Shown here piece after piece: positions 1 to 9,735 of a stretch of DNA of 64,000 nucleotides. The translations under genes and the position numbers were made by a program. The stretch comes from an uncultured Acidimicrobiia bacterium (GTDB taxonomy: Bacteria > Actinomycetota > Acidimicrobiia > Acidimicrobiales > AC-14). How positions within the stretch are numbered: position 1 is the first letter of the stretch; each line of letters begins with the position of its first letter. The notes beneath the pieces were generated by a model, which saw only the letters and a list, made by a program, of their open reading frames with translations, was not told the DNA's origin and searched no databases. The stretch is taken from the NCBI GenBank assembly GCA_963836205.1, contig CAWIIV010000008.1, positions 1-64,000 of the forward strand, written 5' to 3'.

Positions 1-1798
1 CGTGGGTGCCCCGCTCGACGATGCGGCCGGCCTCGACCACGAGGATGAGGTCGGCGTCGCGGATGGTCGACAGCCGGTGGGCGATGACCAGGGCGGTGCG
101 ACCGGCCAGGGCGTTGGCCAGGGCCTCCTGCACCGCGGCCTCGGACTCCGAGTCGAGGTGGGCGGTGGCCTCGTCGAGGATCACCACCTGGGGCTTGGCC
201 AGGAGCAGGCGGGCGATGGTGAGGCGCTGGCGCTCGCCGCCTGAGAGGCGGTAGCCCCGCTCCCCCACCACCGTGTCGAGCTTGTCGGGCAACGACTGCA
301 CCAGGTCGGCCAGCCGGGCCTTGCGCAGGGCGTCCCACAGCTCGTCGTCGGTGGCGCCCGGTCGGGCGAAGCGCAGATTGGACCCGAGGGTGTCGTGGAA
401 GAGGTGGCCGTCCTGGGTGACCATCCCCAACGACTGGCGGATGGAGTCGAAGGTGAGGTCGCGGGTGTCGATGCCCGACAGCTTCACCGTCCCGCTGTCG
501 ACGTCGTACAACCGGGGGGCCAGTGACGCGATGGTGGACTTGCCGCTCCCCGACGACCCCACCAGGGCCACCAGTTGCCCGGGCTCGACCCGGAACGACA
601 CGCCCTTGAGGACCTCGTCGCCGCCCCTGGTGTCGAGGGTGAGAACCTCCTCCAGGGATGCCAGCGAGAACTTGTCGGCCGACGGGTAGGCGAAGCGGAC
701 GTCGGAGAACTCGAGCGACACCGGGCCGTCGGGCACAGCCACCGCATCCGGCTTCTCCTTGATGAGGGGCTCGACGTCGAGGACCTCGAACACCCGCTCG
801 AAGCTGACCAGGGCGGTCATGGCGTCGACCCGGGCGCTGGCCAGGGCGGTGAGGGGGGCGTAGAGGCGGGTGAGGAGCAGGGCCAGGGTGACGACGGTGC
901 CCGCATCCAGCCGTCCCCGCAGGGCCAGCCAGCCGCCGAGGCCGTAGACGAGGGCCAGGGCGAGCGACGACACCAGGCTGAGGGCGGTGAGGAAGACCCA
1001 CTGGGCCATGGCCGTGCGCACCCCGATGTCGCGCACCCGCGACGCCCGGGAGCCGAACTCGGCCACCTCGTCCGCCGGCCGCCCGAAGAGCTTGACCAGG
1101 GTGGCTCCGGGAGCGGAGAAGCGCTCGGTCATCTGGGTGGTCATGGCCGCGTTGTTGTCGGACGCCTCCCGCTGGAGGTCGGCCAGCTTGGTGCCCATGC
1201 GCCGGGCGGGGAGGATGAACACCGGCAGCAGGATCAACGCCAGCAGGGTGATCGACCACGACAGCCGCAGCATCACGGCCAGGGTGAGCAGCAGGGTGAT
1301 GAGGTTGCTGACGAACCCGGACAGGGTCCAGGTGAAGGCCCGCTGGGCGCCGATGACGTCGTTGTCGAGGCGGCTGACGAGGGCGCCGGTGCGGGTGCGG
1401 GTGAAAAAGGCCACCGGCATGCGCTGGATGTGCCCGAACACGGCCCGCCGGAGGTCGAGGATGAGGCCCTCGCCGATCTTCGCCGACTGCCAGCGGCCGA
1501 CGACACCGATGACGGCGTCGAAGACGGCCAGGAACGCCATGAGGATGGCCAGCCCGACGACGGTGCCGGCCGACCCGTTGTCGACGATCACGTCGACCAC
1601 CCGGCCCGCCAGGAGCGGGGTGGCCACGGTGAGGACGGCGGCGAGAACGCTGGTGAACAGGAAGGCGCCCAACGCCCGCCGGTAGGGCTTGGCGAAGTCC
1701 CACACCCGGAGCAGGATCTCCTTGGTGAACGCCTTCTTGGGCGGCTCGCCCTGCATGGCGCTGTGCAGCGCCATCCACCCGTTCATGTCGACGTTCAC
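1..1798 (-). CDS. ABC transporter fused permease/ATP-binding protein (3' end beyond window start)
   Basis: Minus-strand frame (absent from the ORF track because it runs off the edge): N-terminal TM domain, Walker A GSSGSGKST, LSGGERQR signature, ILDEATAHLD Walker B, and GRIVERGTH at the window edge. Confidence 0.93.
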   Translation of the reverse strand, partial: MNVDMNGWMALHSAMQGEPPKKAFTKEILLRVWDFAKPYRRALGAFLFTSVLAAVLTVATPLLAGRVVDVIVDNGSAGTVVGLAILMAFLAVFDAVIGVVGRWQSAKIGEGLILDLRRAVFGHIQRMPVAFFTRTRTGALVSRLDNDVIGAQRAFTWTLSGFVSNLITLLLTLAVMLRLSWSITLLALILLPVFILPARRMGTKLADLQREASDNNAAMTTQMTERFSAPGATLVKLFGRPADEVAEFGSRASRVRDIGVRTAMAQWVFLTALSLVSSLALALVYGLGGWLALRGRLDAGTVVTLALLLTRLYAPLTALASARVDAMTALVSFERVFEVLDVEPLIKEKPDAVAVPDGPVSLEFSDVRFAYPSADKFSLASLEEVLTLDTRGGDEVLKGVSFRVEPGQLVALVGSSGSGKSTIASLAPRLYDVDSGTVKLSGIDTRDLTFDSIRQSLGMVTQDGHLFHDTLGSNLRFARPGATDDELWDALRKARLADLVQSLPDKLDTVVGERGYRLSGGERQRLTIARLLLAKPQVVILDEATAHLDSESEAAVQEALANALAGRTALVIAHRLSTIRDADLILVVEAGRIVERGTH

Positions 1799-1937
1799 GG
1801 TCCTGCCCCCTTCACCCTTGTTGCTGGCACCCCTGTTGCTGGCATCCGGCAGTTGTGACGCACGGCCGGCGCCGAACTCATCGTTCCAACACCGACTCCA
1901 GTCTCCCCGTTCCCGCCGGGCGCCCGCGCCGGAATGG

Positions 1938-2840
1938 CTACAGGCCGGTGAGCGCCACCAGGGCGAGGGGCCACAGGCACTTGCTGGCCACGATGAAGCG
2001 GGCGACCCGGGCCGGCGCCTCGCTCGGGCCGGGGCCGGGCGGCAGGAGGGCGAAGGCCAGGAGGGGGACGACCGGGGCTGCGGCCAGGGCGAACAACGCA
2101 GGGCTGCGGGCGGTGGTCAGGAGGACGGCCCACACCAGGGCGTAGGCCGCCGCGAACCCGCCCACCAGCCGGGGCTGGTGCCGGACCGCGACCAGGTGGG
2201 CCACGGTGCGGGTGCCGACGGCCCGGTCGGCGGAGGCGTCCTCCACCGTCTTGGCCACCTCGACGCACAGGATGCCCGCCCCCACGAGCAGGGCCGCGGC
2301 CACCGTCGCGGCCTCGGCCCCACCCGCGGCCTGGGCCCCGAAGACCAGCGTGGTCCCGCACTGGGCCGCGAAGACGGCGTTGCCGAGGAGGGGGACCCGC
2401 TTGAGGAAGGGCGTGTAGAGGGCGGCCACCACGCACATGGCGACCACGAGGAACAGCTCGTCCCGGGCCGAGGCCAGGGTCACGGCCAACGCGGCGGTGA
2501 GGAGGGCGGCCGCCAGCCCCCCGGCCTGGGCGGTCGACACCCGACCCGCCGGGAGCGGGCGGTGGCCCTTGCCCATGCGGTCGGACTCCTGGTCGACGAC
2601 GTCGTTGACCACGTTGCCGAAGGCGAGCACGAGCATGACGGCGGCCACCGGTCCCGCGAGAGTGGCCAGGGAGGGGGAGGCGGCGACGGCGGTTCCGGCA
2701 CCCACCAGGGTGGCCACCCCGGCCATGACGCAGTTTTCGGCCCGGACCAGGCGCAGGACGGCACCCGTGGTGGTCCCGAACGGGGCGACCGCGACCGGCG
2801 CAGCCTCCGGCCGCAGGAGCGGTCCGGCCCGGTGCTCCAT
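1938..2840 (-). CDS. UbiA-family prenyltransferase, DGGGP-synthase-like
   Basis: LVRAENCVMAG, first Asp-rich motif NDVVDQESD followed by HRPLPAGRVS, second motif KTVEDASADRAVGTRTVA; multiple TM helices. Confidence 0.85.
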   Translation of the reverse strand: MEHRAGPLLRPEAAPVAVAPFGTTTGAVLRLVRAENCVMAGVATLVGAGTAVAASPSLATLAGPVAAVMLVLAFGNVVNDVVDQESDRMGKGHRPLPAGRVSTAQAGGLAAALLTAALAVTLASARDELFLVVAMCVVAALYTPFLKRVPLLGNAVFAAQCGTTLVFGAQAAGGAEAATVAAALLVGAGILCVEVAKTVEDASADRAVGTRTVAHLVAVRHQPRLVGGFAAAYALVWAVLLTTARSPALFALAAAPVVPLLAFALLPPGPGPSEAPARVARFIVASKCLWPLALVALTGL

Positions 2841-2885
2841 GGTCGTCCGCGACGCTAGCGCGGCCCGCTGGGCCAGCATGGGCGG

Positions 2886-3986
2886 ATGTCCGACGTCCTC
2901 AGCTTGCGGGCCCTCAACCGCGCCACCCTCGCCCGCCAGCACCTGTTGGAGCGGGTGGACATGCCGGTGGCGGCCATGGTGGAGCACCTGGTCGGCATGC
3001 AGGCCCAGGTGCCGAGGAACCCCTACCTGGCCCTGTGGTCGAGGGTGGAGGGGTTCCGGGCCGAGGACCTGGAGGCGCTTGTGGCGGGCCGCGGCGTCGT
3101 GCGGATGGGACTCATGCGGTCGACCCTGCACCTGGTCACGGCCGACGACGGCCTCCGCCTGCGACCGATGATGCAGCCGGTGCTGGATCGGGGTGTCTCC
3201 CCGGGAGGACCGTTCGGGCGCCACCTGGTCGGGGTTGCGGTCGACGAGGTGGCCGCCGCCGGCCGGGCCCTCGTCGAGGCCGAGCCCCGGACGGGCGTCG
3301 AGCTGCGCCGGCTGCTGGGCGAGCGCTGGCCCGACCGCGATCCGGCGTCACTGGCCGCGGCGGCCACGTTCCTCCTGCCGGTGGTGCAGGTCCCGCCCCG
3401 AGGCCTCTGGCACACGAGCAGCCGTCCGACCTGGATCACGATCGAGTCGTGGCTGGGCCGACCCCTCGACCGGGGTCTCTCCATCGACCGCTTGATGCTG
3501 CGGTACCTGGCCGCCTTCGGCCCCGCGTCCGCGATGGACATGCAGAACTGGTGCGGCCTCACCCACCTGCGGGAGGTCGCCGATCGCCTCCGTCCCGGGC
3601 TGCGGGTGTTCCGCGACCACAACTGGCGGGAGCTGCTCGACGTGCCCGACGCCCCCCGTCCCGACCCGTCCGCTCCGGCACCGCCTCGCTTCCTGCCTGA
3701 GTACGACAACGTCCTGCTCGGCCACGCCGACCGGACCCGGTACTTCAACGACGAGGCCCGAGCCCCGGACCCCGACGGCGTGAACAGCATCCAGGGCTCG
3801 GTCCTGGTCGACGGGCTCTTCGCCGGCTGGTGGAACCTGAAGCGCCCGGCCCGCCTGGTCATCCGCCCCTTCTGGACGTGGCCCGCCGCCGATCGGGAGG
3901 CGGTGGACGATGAGGGCGGGCGTCTCCTCGCCTGGGTCGTGCCGGACGAGGCGTCGCCCGAGATCGTCCTCATGCCGCCGGTCTGA
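2886..3986 (+). CDS. AlkZ/YcaQ-like (HTH_42) winged-helix DNA glycosylase
   Basis: LNRATLARQHLL, QAQ (QxQ) catalytic motif, MRSTLHLV, RYLAAFGPAS, FLPEYDNVLLGH. Confidence 0.88.
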   Translation: MSDVLSLRALNRATLARQHLLERVDMPVAAMVEHLVGMQAQVPRNPYLALWSRVEGFRAEDLEALVAGRGVVRMGLMRSTLHLVTADDGLRLRPMMQPVLDRGVSPGGPFGRHLVGVAVDEVAAAGRALVEAEPRTGVELRRLLGERWPDRDPASLAAAATFLLPVVQVPPRGLWHTSSRPTWITIESWLGRPLDRGLSIDRLMLRYLAAFGPASAMDMQNWCGLTHLREVADRLRPGLRVFRDHNWRELLDVPDAPRPDPSAPAPPRFLPEYDNVLLGHADRTRYFNDEARAPDPDGVNSIQGSVLVDGLFAGWWNLKRPARLVIRPFWTWPAADREAVDDEGGRLLAWVVPDEASPEIVLMPPV

Positions 3987-4000
3987 GCGTGCCGGGCGGG

Positions 4001-4068
4001 CCGAACCGCCGGTCTGAGCCGCCGGACCGAGCCGCCGGACCGAGCCGCCGGACCGAGCCGTCGGTCCG
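4001..4068. repeat. 13-bp tandem repeat (CCGAGCCGCCGGA, about 5 copies) between convergent genes
   Basis: ccgaaccgccggt ctgagccgccgga ccgagccgccgga ccgagccgccgga ccgagccgtcggt. Confidence 0.85.
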
Positions 4069-4082
4069 GGGGGGGCGGCGAC

Positions 4083-5378
4083 CTACCAGTCGCCCCCGCC
4101 GATGTCGCCGCCACCGCCCCAATCGCCGCCACCGCCCCAATCGCCACCACCGCCCCAGTCGCCGCCACCGACACCGCCGCCCCAATCGCCGCCGCCGACG
4201 TCGCCCCCGCCGCCCGGGTCGCCGTCGCCACCCGCGCCGGAGTTGTCGACGTAGACGTCGGTGTCGTGACTGCCGCCGCCCCAGCCCCAGCCGCCGCCCA
4301 GCATCTGGCCCAGGAAGAGACCGGTGAGGAGGCCGCCGCCACCACCGCCGCCGAACCAGCCGCCGCCGTAGAAGGGCGATCCCGAGCCGACGTAGGCCGG
4401 CTGGCCCCGCTCGTCGAGGTCGAGGGGCGGCTCTCCCCGGCGTCCGGGCTGCCCGAGGGCGGGCGGGGGCGGGGGCGGTTCCCGTCCCTCGACAACGGCC
4501 TTGGCCCGGGCCATGGCGTACTGGGCCTCGTCGAGGAGGCGGCCCACCCGCACCAGGTCGATGGGTTGGTCGACGGCCCGCAATGCCTCCTGGGCCACCC
4601 GGTACCGCGACACGGCCGCGTCGTAGTCCGGACGGGCCGCGGGGTGGAGGTCGACGAGGGGTTCCAGGGTGACGACGTCGTCGGCCAGCACGGCCAGCTG
4701 GGACTCGAGGACGCTTCGATCGCGCTGGTCCTGGGCCCGTTCCCGGCTGCGCTTGCGGCGGAAGTACCAGACACCGCCCCCGACGACGGCGGCCACGAGG
4801 ACCAGCGGCACCACGCTCGAGCCCCCGCCGCCACCGTCACTCTCGCTACCGGAATCGCCCTCCCCCCGGTCGAAGGGTGTGGTCGCCGAGGGCGAGGTCG
4901 CCTGCGGTGCCCGGGCCGCCTGTTCCTGCGCCACCCGCTGTACGAAGTCCTCCAGCACCGCCTGCGTGCCCTCGCCGGAGTGGGCCTGGAACGAGGTGGT
5001 GGCCAGCGCCCCCGCCCGGCCCGCGGCCAGGGTGTTGCTGCCGGCCCGGAAGCTGTTGCCGGCGACGACCCCGTAGGTGCCGGCCAGCCCGGTGCGGGTT
5101 CCGAGGGTCTGGGGGAGTCGGCTGACGTCGCCGTCGACCTCGTCCACCGCCGCTGCGGGCAGGACGGCCACGAAGATGGGCGCCCCCGAGTCCCGGATGC
5201 GCTGGCGCAGGCCGTCGGCGTCGACCTCGTCGGCCCGCTCGGGGTCGGCATCGGCATCGACGTAGACCGAGTTGGAGCGCAGGGCGGCCGCGGCCCGGTC
5301 GAGAACGCCGGTCTGGGCGGCGGCCGCGGCCGGGACGACCAGGACAACCAGGGCGAAGGCGAGGAGAAGGCGTCGCAT
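4083..5378 (-). CDS. Membrane protein with TPM-like extracellular domain and Gly-rich (GGGDW)n tail
   Basis: Signal peptide MRRLLLAFALVVLVVPAAAAA, central TM helix, C-terminal GGGDWGGG repeats. Confidence 0.75.
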   Translation of the reverse strand: MRRLLLAFALVVLVVPAAAAAQTGVLDRAAAALRSNSVYVDADADPERADEVDADGLRQRIRDSGAPIFVAVLPAAAVDEVDGDVSRLPQTLGTRTGLAGTYGVVAGNSFRAGSNTLAAGRAGALATTSFQAHSGEGTQAVLEDFVQRVAQEQAARAPQATSPSATTPFDRGEGDSGSESDGGGGGSSVVPLVLVAAVVGGGVWYFRRKRSRERAQDQRDRSVLESQLAVLADDVVTLEPLVDLHPAARPDYDAAVSRYRVAQEALRAVDQPIDLVRVGRLLDEAQYAMARAKAVVEGREPPPPPPALGQPGRRGEPPLDLDERGQPAYVGSGSPFYGGGWFGGGGGGGLLTGLFLGQMLGGGWGWGGGSHDTDVYVDNSGAGGDGDPGGGGDVGGGDWGGGVGGGDWGGGGDWGGGGDWGGGGDIGGGDW

Positions 5379-5406
5379 GCAGGGAGGCTCTACCCGCGAC
5401 CGACCG

Positions 5407-5859
5407 TCAGTACCCGGCGGCGGGCGTGCCCGGCGGGTGGAAGACGCCAGCAACCGCGGCCGGGTTGGCGACGCACACCTCGCCCTCCAGGCCGTCGGGA
5501 TCGCGGAAGAAGACGCTCAGGAGGGGGCCGAAGTCGGTGACGAAGCCGTCGGTGGCGCCCGCGGCCAGGAGCCTGTCGCGGATGGTGTGGAAGGCGTCGA
5601 GCGACGCCGCCTGGAGGCCGAGGTGGTCGATGCGACCGCGCCCGAACATCGGCGTCTGGCGGCCGGCCTCGCCGTTGCCCTCCACCTCGAACACGTTGAG
5701 CTGGGTGTGGGGCCCGATGTCGACGAACGACAGTCGCATGCCGGGCTCCTCTTCGCCGTCGCGGGTCACGACGGCGTCGAACATCTCTACGTAGAAGCGG
5801 TGGAGTCGATCGCTGTCGCTGGTGAGGGTGGCCACGTGGTTGACACCGTCGAGCAGCAT
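5407..5859 (-). CDS. VOC/glyoxalase family protein
   Basis: GVNHVATLT, IDHLGL, FFRDPDGLEGE. Confidence 0.88.
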   Translation of the reverse strand: MLLDGVNHVATLTSDSDRLHRFYVEMFDAVVTRDGEEEPGMRLSFVDIGPHTQLNVFEVEGNGEAGRQTPMFGRGRIDHLGLQAASLDAFHTIRDRLLAAGATDGFVTDFGPLLSVFFRDPDGLEGEVCVANPAAVAGVFHPPGTPAAGY

Positions 5860-5908
5860 GGCCGAATCCTAGGAGGCGGGGGCGTCCCCGGCGCCGTTGA
5901 ATGGGGGG

Positions 5909-6556
5909 ATGACGAACCGTCCCGATTCCGACATCGCCGGAGCCAGCGCCGCCCAAGCCCGCCTCCTCGCCCACCTGGCCGATCTCACCGACGCCGACGT
6001 GGCCCGCCGGTCGTTGCTCCCCGGCTGGACCGTCGGCCACCTCCTCACCCACCTGGCCCGCAACGCCGACTCTCACGTGCGCATGCTGGAAGGGGCGGCC
6101 GCAGGCGCCGAGGTCGAGCAGTACGACGGCGGCGCCGAGGCCCGCGACGCGGCCATCGAGGCGGGCGCGTCCCGAACCGCGGCCGAGCTGGTCGACGACG
6201 TGGGGGCCGCGTCGGACCGGCTGGAGCAGCTGTGGGCCGTCGTCCCCGACCACGCGTGGGACGGTCACGGCGTCAACGCCGGCGGGCAACGGCGGCCGTG
6301 CGTCCTCCTCCCCTTCCACCGCTGGCGGGAGGTGGAGGTGCACCAGGCCGACCTCGGCCTGGGTCCGACGTGGGACGACTGGTCCGACGGCTACGTGGCC
6401 CGGGAGCTGCCCCGGGCATTGGCCACCCTGCCCGCCCGCCTGGCCGACCCCGCCGCCCGCCGCCGCCTCACCGCCTGGCTGCTCGACCGGGCCCCGTCGC
6501 CGGGCGAGCTCGACCTGGCCGGATGGGACGTCCGCCCGGAGAACTACGGCCGGTGA
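5909..6556 (+). CDS. Mycothiol-dependent maleylpyruvate isomerase (MDMPI/DinB superfamily) protein
   Basis: SLLPGWTVGHLLTHLARNAD and RWREVEVHQADL. Confidence 0.88.
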   Translation: MTNRPDSDIAGASAAQARLLAHLADLTDADVARRSLLPGWTVGHLLTHLARNADSHVRMLEGAAAGAEVEQYDGGAEARDAAIEAGASRTAAELVDDVGAASDRLEQLWAVVPDHAWDGHGVNAGGQRRPCVLLPFHRWREVEVHQADLGLGPTWDDWSDGYVARELPRALATLPARLADPAARRRLTAWLLDRAPSPGELDLAGWDVRPENYGR

Positions 6557-7670
6557 GCACCGTCGTCGTCCGCCTGGCGACGTCGGGGCCGGGACTGGCG
6601 GTGGCGGTGAAGGACCTGTTCGACATGGTCGGCCTGCCACCACGGCCGGGTCCCGGGCGGTGGCGGCCGCCGCCCGGCCGGCGCAAGCGGACGCCGCCTG
6701 CCTGGCCGGCGTCCGGGCGGGCGAGGCGGCCGGCACCCTCCACGTGGTGGGCAAGACCGACCTCCACGAGCTGGGCTACGGGGTCACCGGGATCAACCCC
6801 TGGTACGGCACGCCGCCCAACCCCCTGCGGGAGGGACTGGTGCCGGGCGGGTCGTCGAGCGGCTCGGCGGTGGCGGTGGCCGCCGGCGAGGCCGACGTCG
6901 CCCTCGGCACCGATACCGGCGGGTCGATCCGCATCCCGGCCGCCTGCTGTGGAGTCGCTGGCCTGAAGACCACCTCCGGCCGCATCCCCATGGCGGGCGT
7001 GTGGCCCCTCGCACCCAGCCTCGACACCGTCGGCCCCCTGGCCCGGGACGTCGCCGGCCTGGTGGTCGGCATGCAGCTCCTGGAGCCCGGCTTCGAGGTG
7101 GCCCCCCTCCCCGAACGGCTGGTGGTGGGACGGTTGCGGGTGCCGGCCCTCGCCGCGATCGACGCCGCCGTCGACGACGCCCTGGCGCTGGCCGATGTCG
7201 AGGTGGTCGACGTCGAGCCCGACGGCTGGGACGCGGCCGTGGCCGCGGCCCGGGCCCGGTTGGCGGCCGAGGCCTGGGCGACCGACGGCCACCTCCTCGC
7301 CCGTCGTCAGCAACTGGGACCCGACGTCGCCTCCCGGCTGGAGAATGGCCGACCGCCCGACGGGTGGGAGGTCGCGGCCGACGCCGCCCGGGACGCCTGG
7401 CGACGGCAGGTGGCCACCCTGCTTGACGGGGTCGACGTGCTCGCCCTGCCCACCCTGGCCGACTTCCCACCCCCGCTCGACGAGGCCGGCCGGGTCTTTC
7501 GCATCCGCCGCACCGAGGTGATGAACCTGGCCGGGGTGCCGGCGCTGTCGCTCCCGGTACCGGCCCGGGGCCACGCCCTGCCCGCCAGCCTGCAACTGGT
7601 CGGCCGGCACGGCGCCGAGGAGCTCCTGCTGGCGGTGGGACTGGTGGTGGAGGCGGCCGTGGGGCCTGAA
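6553..7670 (+). CDS. Amidase signature family protein (frameshift near 6640; probable second indel at the stop near 7665)
   Basis: AVKDLFD in one frame; GKTDLHE, GGSSSGSA and GTDTGGSIRIPAA in the next frame. Adding one base at ctgcc/accacg joins them. Confidence 0.82.
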
Positions 7671-7671
7671 G

Positions 7672-8205
7672 TCAGAAGGGTCCGAACACCCACTTCGACG
7701 GTGCGGCCTGGTCGTCGCCGATCCAGAAGTCGGCCCACAGGTCGACGAACTCCGTCCGGGAGATGTAGCCGTCGCCGTCGGCGTCGAGGAACCGGAACAC
7801 ACCGTCGGTGTCGACCGGGGCGCCCTTCCAGGCCTCGATCATCTGGTTGTACTCGGCCGGGCTGACCTCGCCGTTGCCGTTCTCGTCGACGGCGTCGAAC
7901 ATGGTGTTGGCGGTGCCCTCCACCTGGTCGCGGACCGCGGGCAGTTGGTCGACGACCGCCATGACCTCGTCGAGGGTGACCCGGTTGTCGCGGTCCTGGT
8001 CGGAGGCGGCCAGGAGCGTCTGCCACCACCCCATCATGACGGCCGTGATCCGTTCGAACTCAGGCGTGCCCGGCTGGTAGCCCCGGATCTCGTTCCACCG
8101 GTCGGTGAGGCACTGGAAGTCCTCCTCCTCCAGATAGCCGTCCTGGTCGACGTCGAGGGCGTAGAACACACCCGCCACCTTGCGCTTCTGGAACTCGCTC
8201 GACAC
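7672..8205 (-). CDS. EF-hand calcium-binding protein (calerythrin/SCP-like)
   Basis: Four EF loops: DVDQDGYLEEED, DQDRDNRVTLDE, DENGNGEVSPAE, DADGDGYISRTE. Confidence 0.9.
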   Translation of the reverse strand: MSSEFQKRKVAGVFYALDVDQDGYLEEEDFQCLTDRWNEIRGYQPGTPEFERITAVMMGWWQTLLAASDQDRDNRVTLDEVMAVVDQLPAVRDQVEGTANTMFDAVDENGNGEVSPAEYNQMIEAWKGAPVDTDGVFRFLDADGDGYISRTEFVDLWADFWIGDDQAAPSKWVFGPF

Positions 8206-8279
8206 GGCCCACCTCCGATCGGACGTTCGTCAGCCGGGGCGGATGGTAGCGGCGACATCGGGCTGCTCTACGTCGCCCC

Positions 8280-8316
8280 TTGACAGGAGAGTACTTTGCG
8301 GCGCAAAGTACTCTCC
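8280..8316 (+). promoter_or_regulatory. -35 TTGACA followed by a perfect 15-bp inverted repeat (probable operator)
   Basis: TTGACA (8280-8285), then GGAGAGTACTTTGCG-G-CGCAAAGTACTCTCC (8286-8316) directly before ATG 8317. Confidence 0.8.
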
Positions 8317-8877
8317 ATGACGAACATTCACGCATCCTCCCCCCAGGACGCGGCCGACGTCGTCCGCCATGTCGAGTCCGTCGGCCGCCAGACCCGCTTG
8401 CTGCTGGAGGAGTTCTGGTTCCCCCTGGTCGTCTTCGGCGCCCTCACCCTGGCCAGCGCCCCGGTGCAATGGAGGTGGCCGGGGGGCGCGATCGCCGTGT
8501 TCTGGGCCATCGGCGGACCGGTCGGTGGCGCGCTGGTGGGCTGGTACTACCGGTCGCGCGAGCTTCGCCTCGGCCTGCGCCGGTCGGCCACCCCCTACGT
8601 GCTGACGGCCGTCGGCATCCTGGTCGGTGCGTTCCTGCTGCCGGCCGTGACCGGCGGCGACCTCCAGGAGGTGGTCTCGGTCTTCGCCGTGGCCGCCGGC
8701 TACCTCGTCTTCGCCTGGCTCGACCGCAGCCCCACCCTCGCCGCCCTGGCCGTCGGTCTGGCCGCGGTCCCGGTGGCCGTGCTGGCCGGCGGCTTCGAGC
8801 ACCCGGGCGCCATCACCGCGGCGGTGACCGGCACCGCCATCCTGGTCTCCGGCCTCGCCTCCCGCCGCACCCGGTGA
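8317..8877 (+). CDS. Hypothetical integral membrane protein (about 6 TM)
   Basis: Hydrophobic ORF with GC3-biased codons; stop overlaps the downstream regulator start (GTGA). Confidence 0.75.
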   Translation: MTNIHASSPQDAADVVRHVESVGRQTRLLLEEFWFPLVVFGALTLASAPVQWRWPGGAIAVFWAIGGPVGGALVGWYYRSRELRLGLRRSATPYVLTAVGILVGAFLLPAVTGGDLQEVVSVFAVAAGYLVFAWLDRSPTLAALAVGLAAVPVAVLAGGFEHPGAITAAVTGTAILVSGLASRRTR

Positions 8878-9218
8878 CCGACCCCGACGGGCACCCGGCC
8901 CAGCGCCTCGACGACGTCGTGCACCAACGGGTCCGCCTGGGGATCCTGGCCGTCCTCGAGCAGGCCGACCGGGCCGACTTCACCTACCTGCGCAACGCCC
9001 TCGCCCTGACCGACGGAAACCTGTCCCGCCACCTGGGCGTGCTGGAGGAGGCGGGCTACCTGGAGATCAGCAAGACGTTCGAAGGGCGCAAGCCCCGGAC
9101 CTGGGTCCGATCCACCCGGCTCGGCCAGTCCGCGCTGGCCGCGGAGATGGCCGCCCTCCGGGACCTGGTCACCCGGTACGAGAGCAACGTGGCCACGACC
9201 GGGTCCGATCCCGGCTGA
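8874..9218 (+). CDS. Winged-helix transcriptional regulator (HTH_34/MarR-like)
   Basis: LDDVVHQRVRLGIL, LTDGNLSRHLGVLEEAGY, KTFEGRKPRTW. Confidence 0.9.
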   Translation: MTDPDGHPAQRLDDVVHQRVRLGILAVLEQADRADFTYLRNALALTDGNLSRHLGVLEEAGYLEISKTFEGRKPRTWVRSTRLGQSALAAEMAALRDLVTRYESNVATTGSDPG

Positions 9219-9251
9219 CCGTGCCGAGCGGCAGCTAGGGTCGAGCCGTCG

Positions 9252-9731
9252 TCAGAAGCCGAGCGTGGCCGGGAAGGCGAGGTTGAGCTTGCGGGCCCGC
9301 AGGTCCTTCTCGTCGAAGTAGAGCTGCTCGAGCTGGGCCACCTCGGCGTCGTCGATGTCGAGGAGGTTGGCCATGCGGGCGATCTTGTCCTTCTCCTCCT
9401 GGTTGTAGTCGCCGTCGGAGGCGCAGGCCCGGATCGACTCGTAGATCACGGTGCGGGGCGCGGTGGCCCACTGGAGGCCCCGGTCGAAGAAGACCTTGAC
9501 GTCGTCGCCGCCGGGGTAGGCCCGCAGCTCGGCCAGGGTCTCGTCGCTGGCCCCGATGGCGGCGGCGTAGCCCACGCACCACTCCCGCTCGGCGTCGGTG
9601 AGGTTGTCGTCGGCGTTGCAGCACACGATCAGGGCCTTGAAGAAGTCGAGCAGCACCGACTGGTCCATGGCCCCGTCGGCGTTCCAGAGCTCGGCGACGG
9701 TCCACCGGGCGGCCATGTCCTGCGGCGTCAT
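9252..9731 (-). CDS. TerB-like (tellurite resistance/DjlA N-terminal fold) protein
   Basis: Two TerB-type half motifs: CNADDNLTDAERE and CASDGDYNQEEKDKI. Confidence 0.65.
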   Translation of the reverse strand: MTPQDMAARWTVAELWNADGAMDQSVLLDFFKALIVCCNADDNLTDAEREWCVGYAAAIGASDETLAELRAYPGGDDVKVFFDRGLQWATAPRTVIYESIRACASDGDYNQEEKDKIARMANLLDIDDAEVAQLEQLYFDEKDLRARKLNLAFPATLGF

Positions 9732-9735
9732 CGGA

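Noticed and set aside
4001-4068. 13-bp repeats as CRISPR or iterons
   Set aside because: No spacers and no rep gene; a simple VNTR
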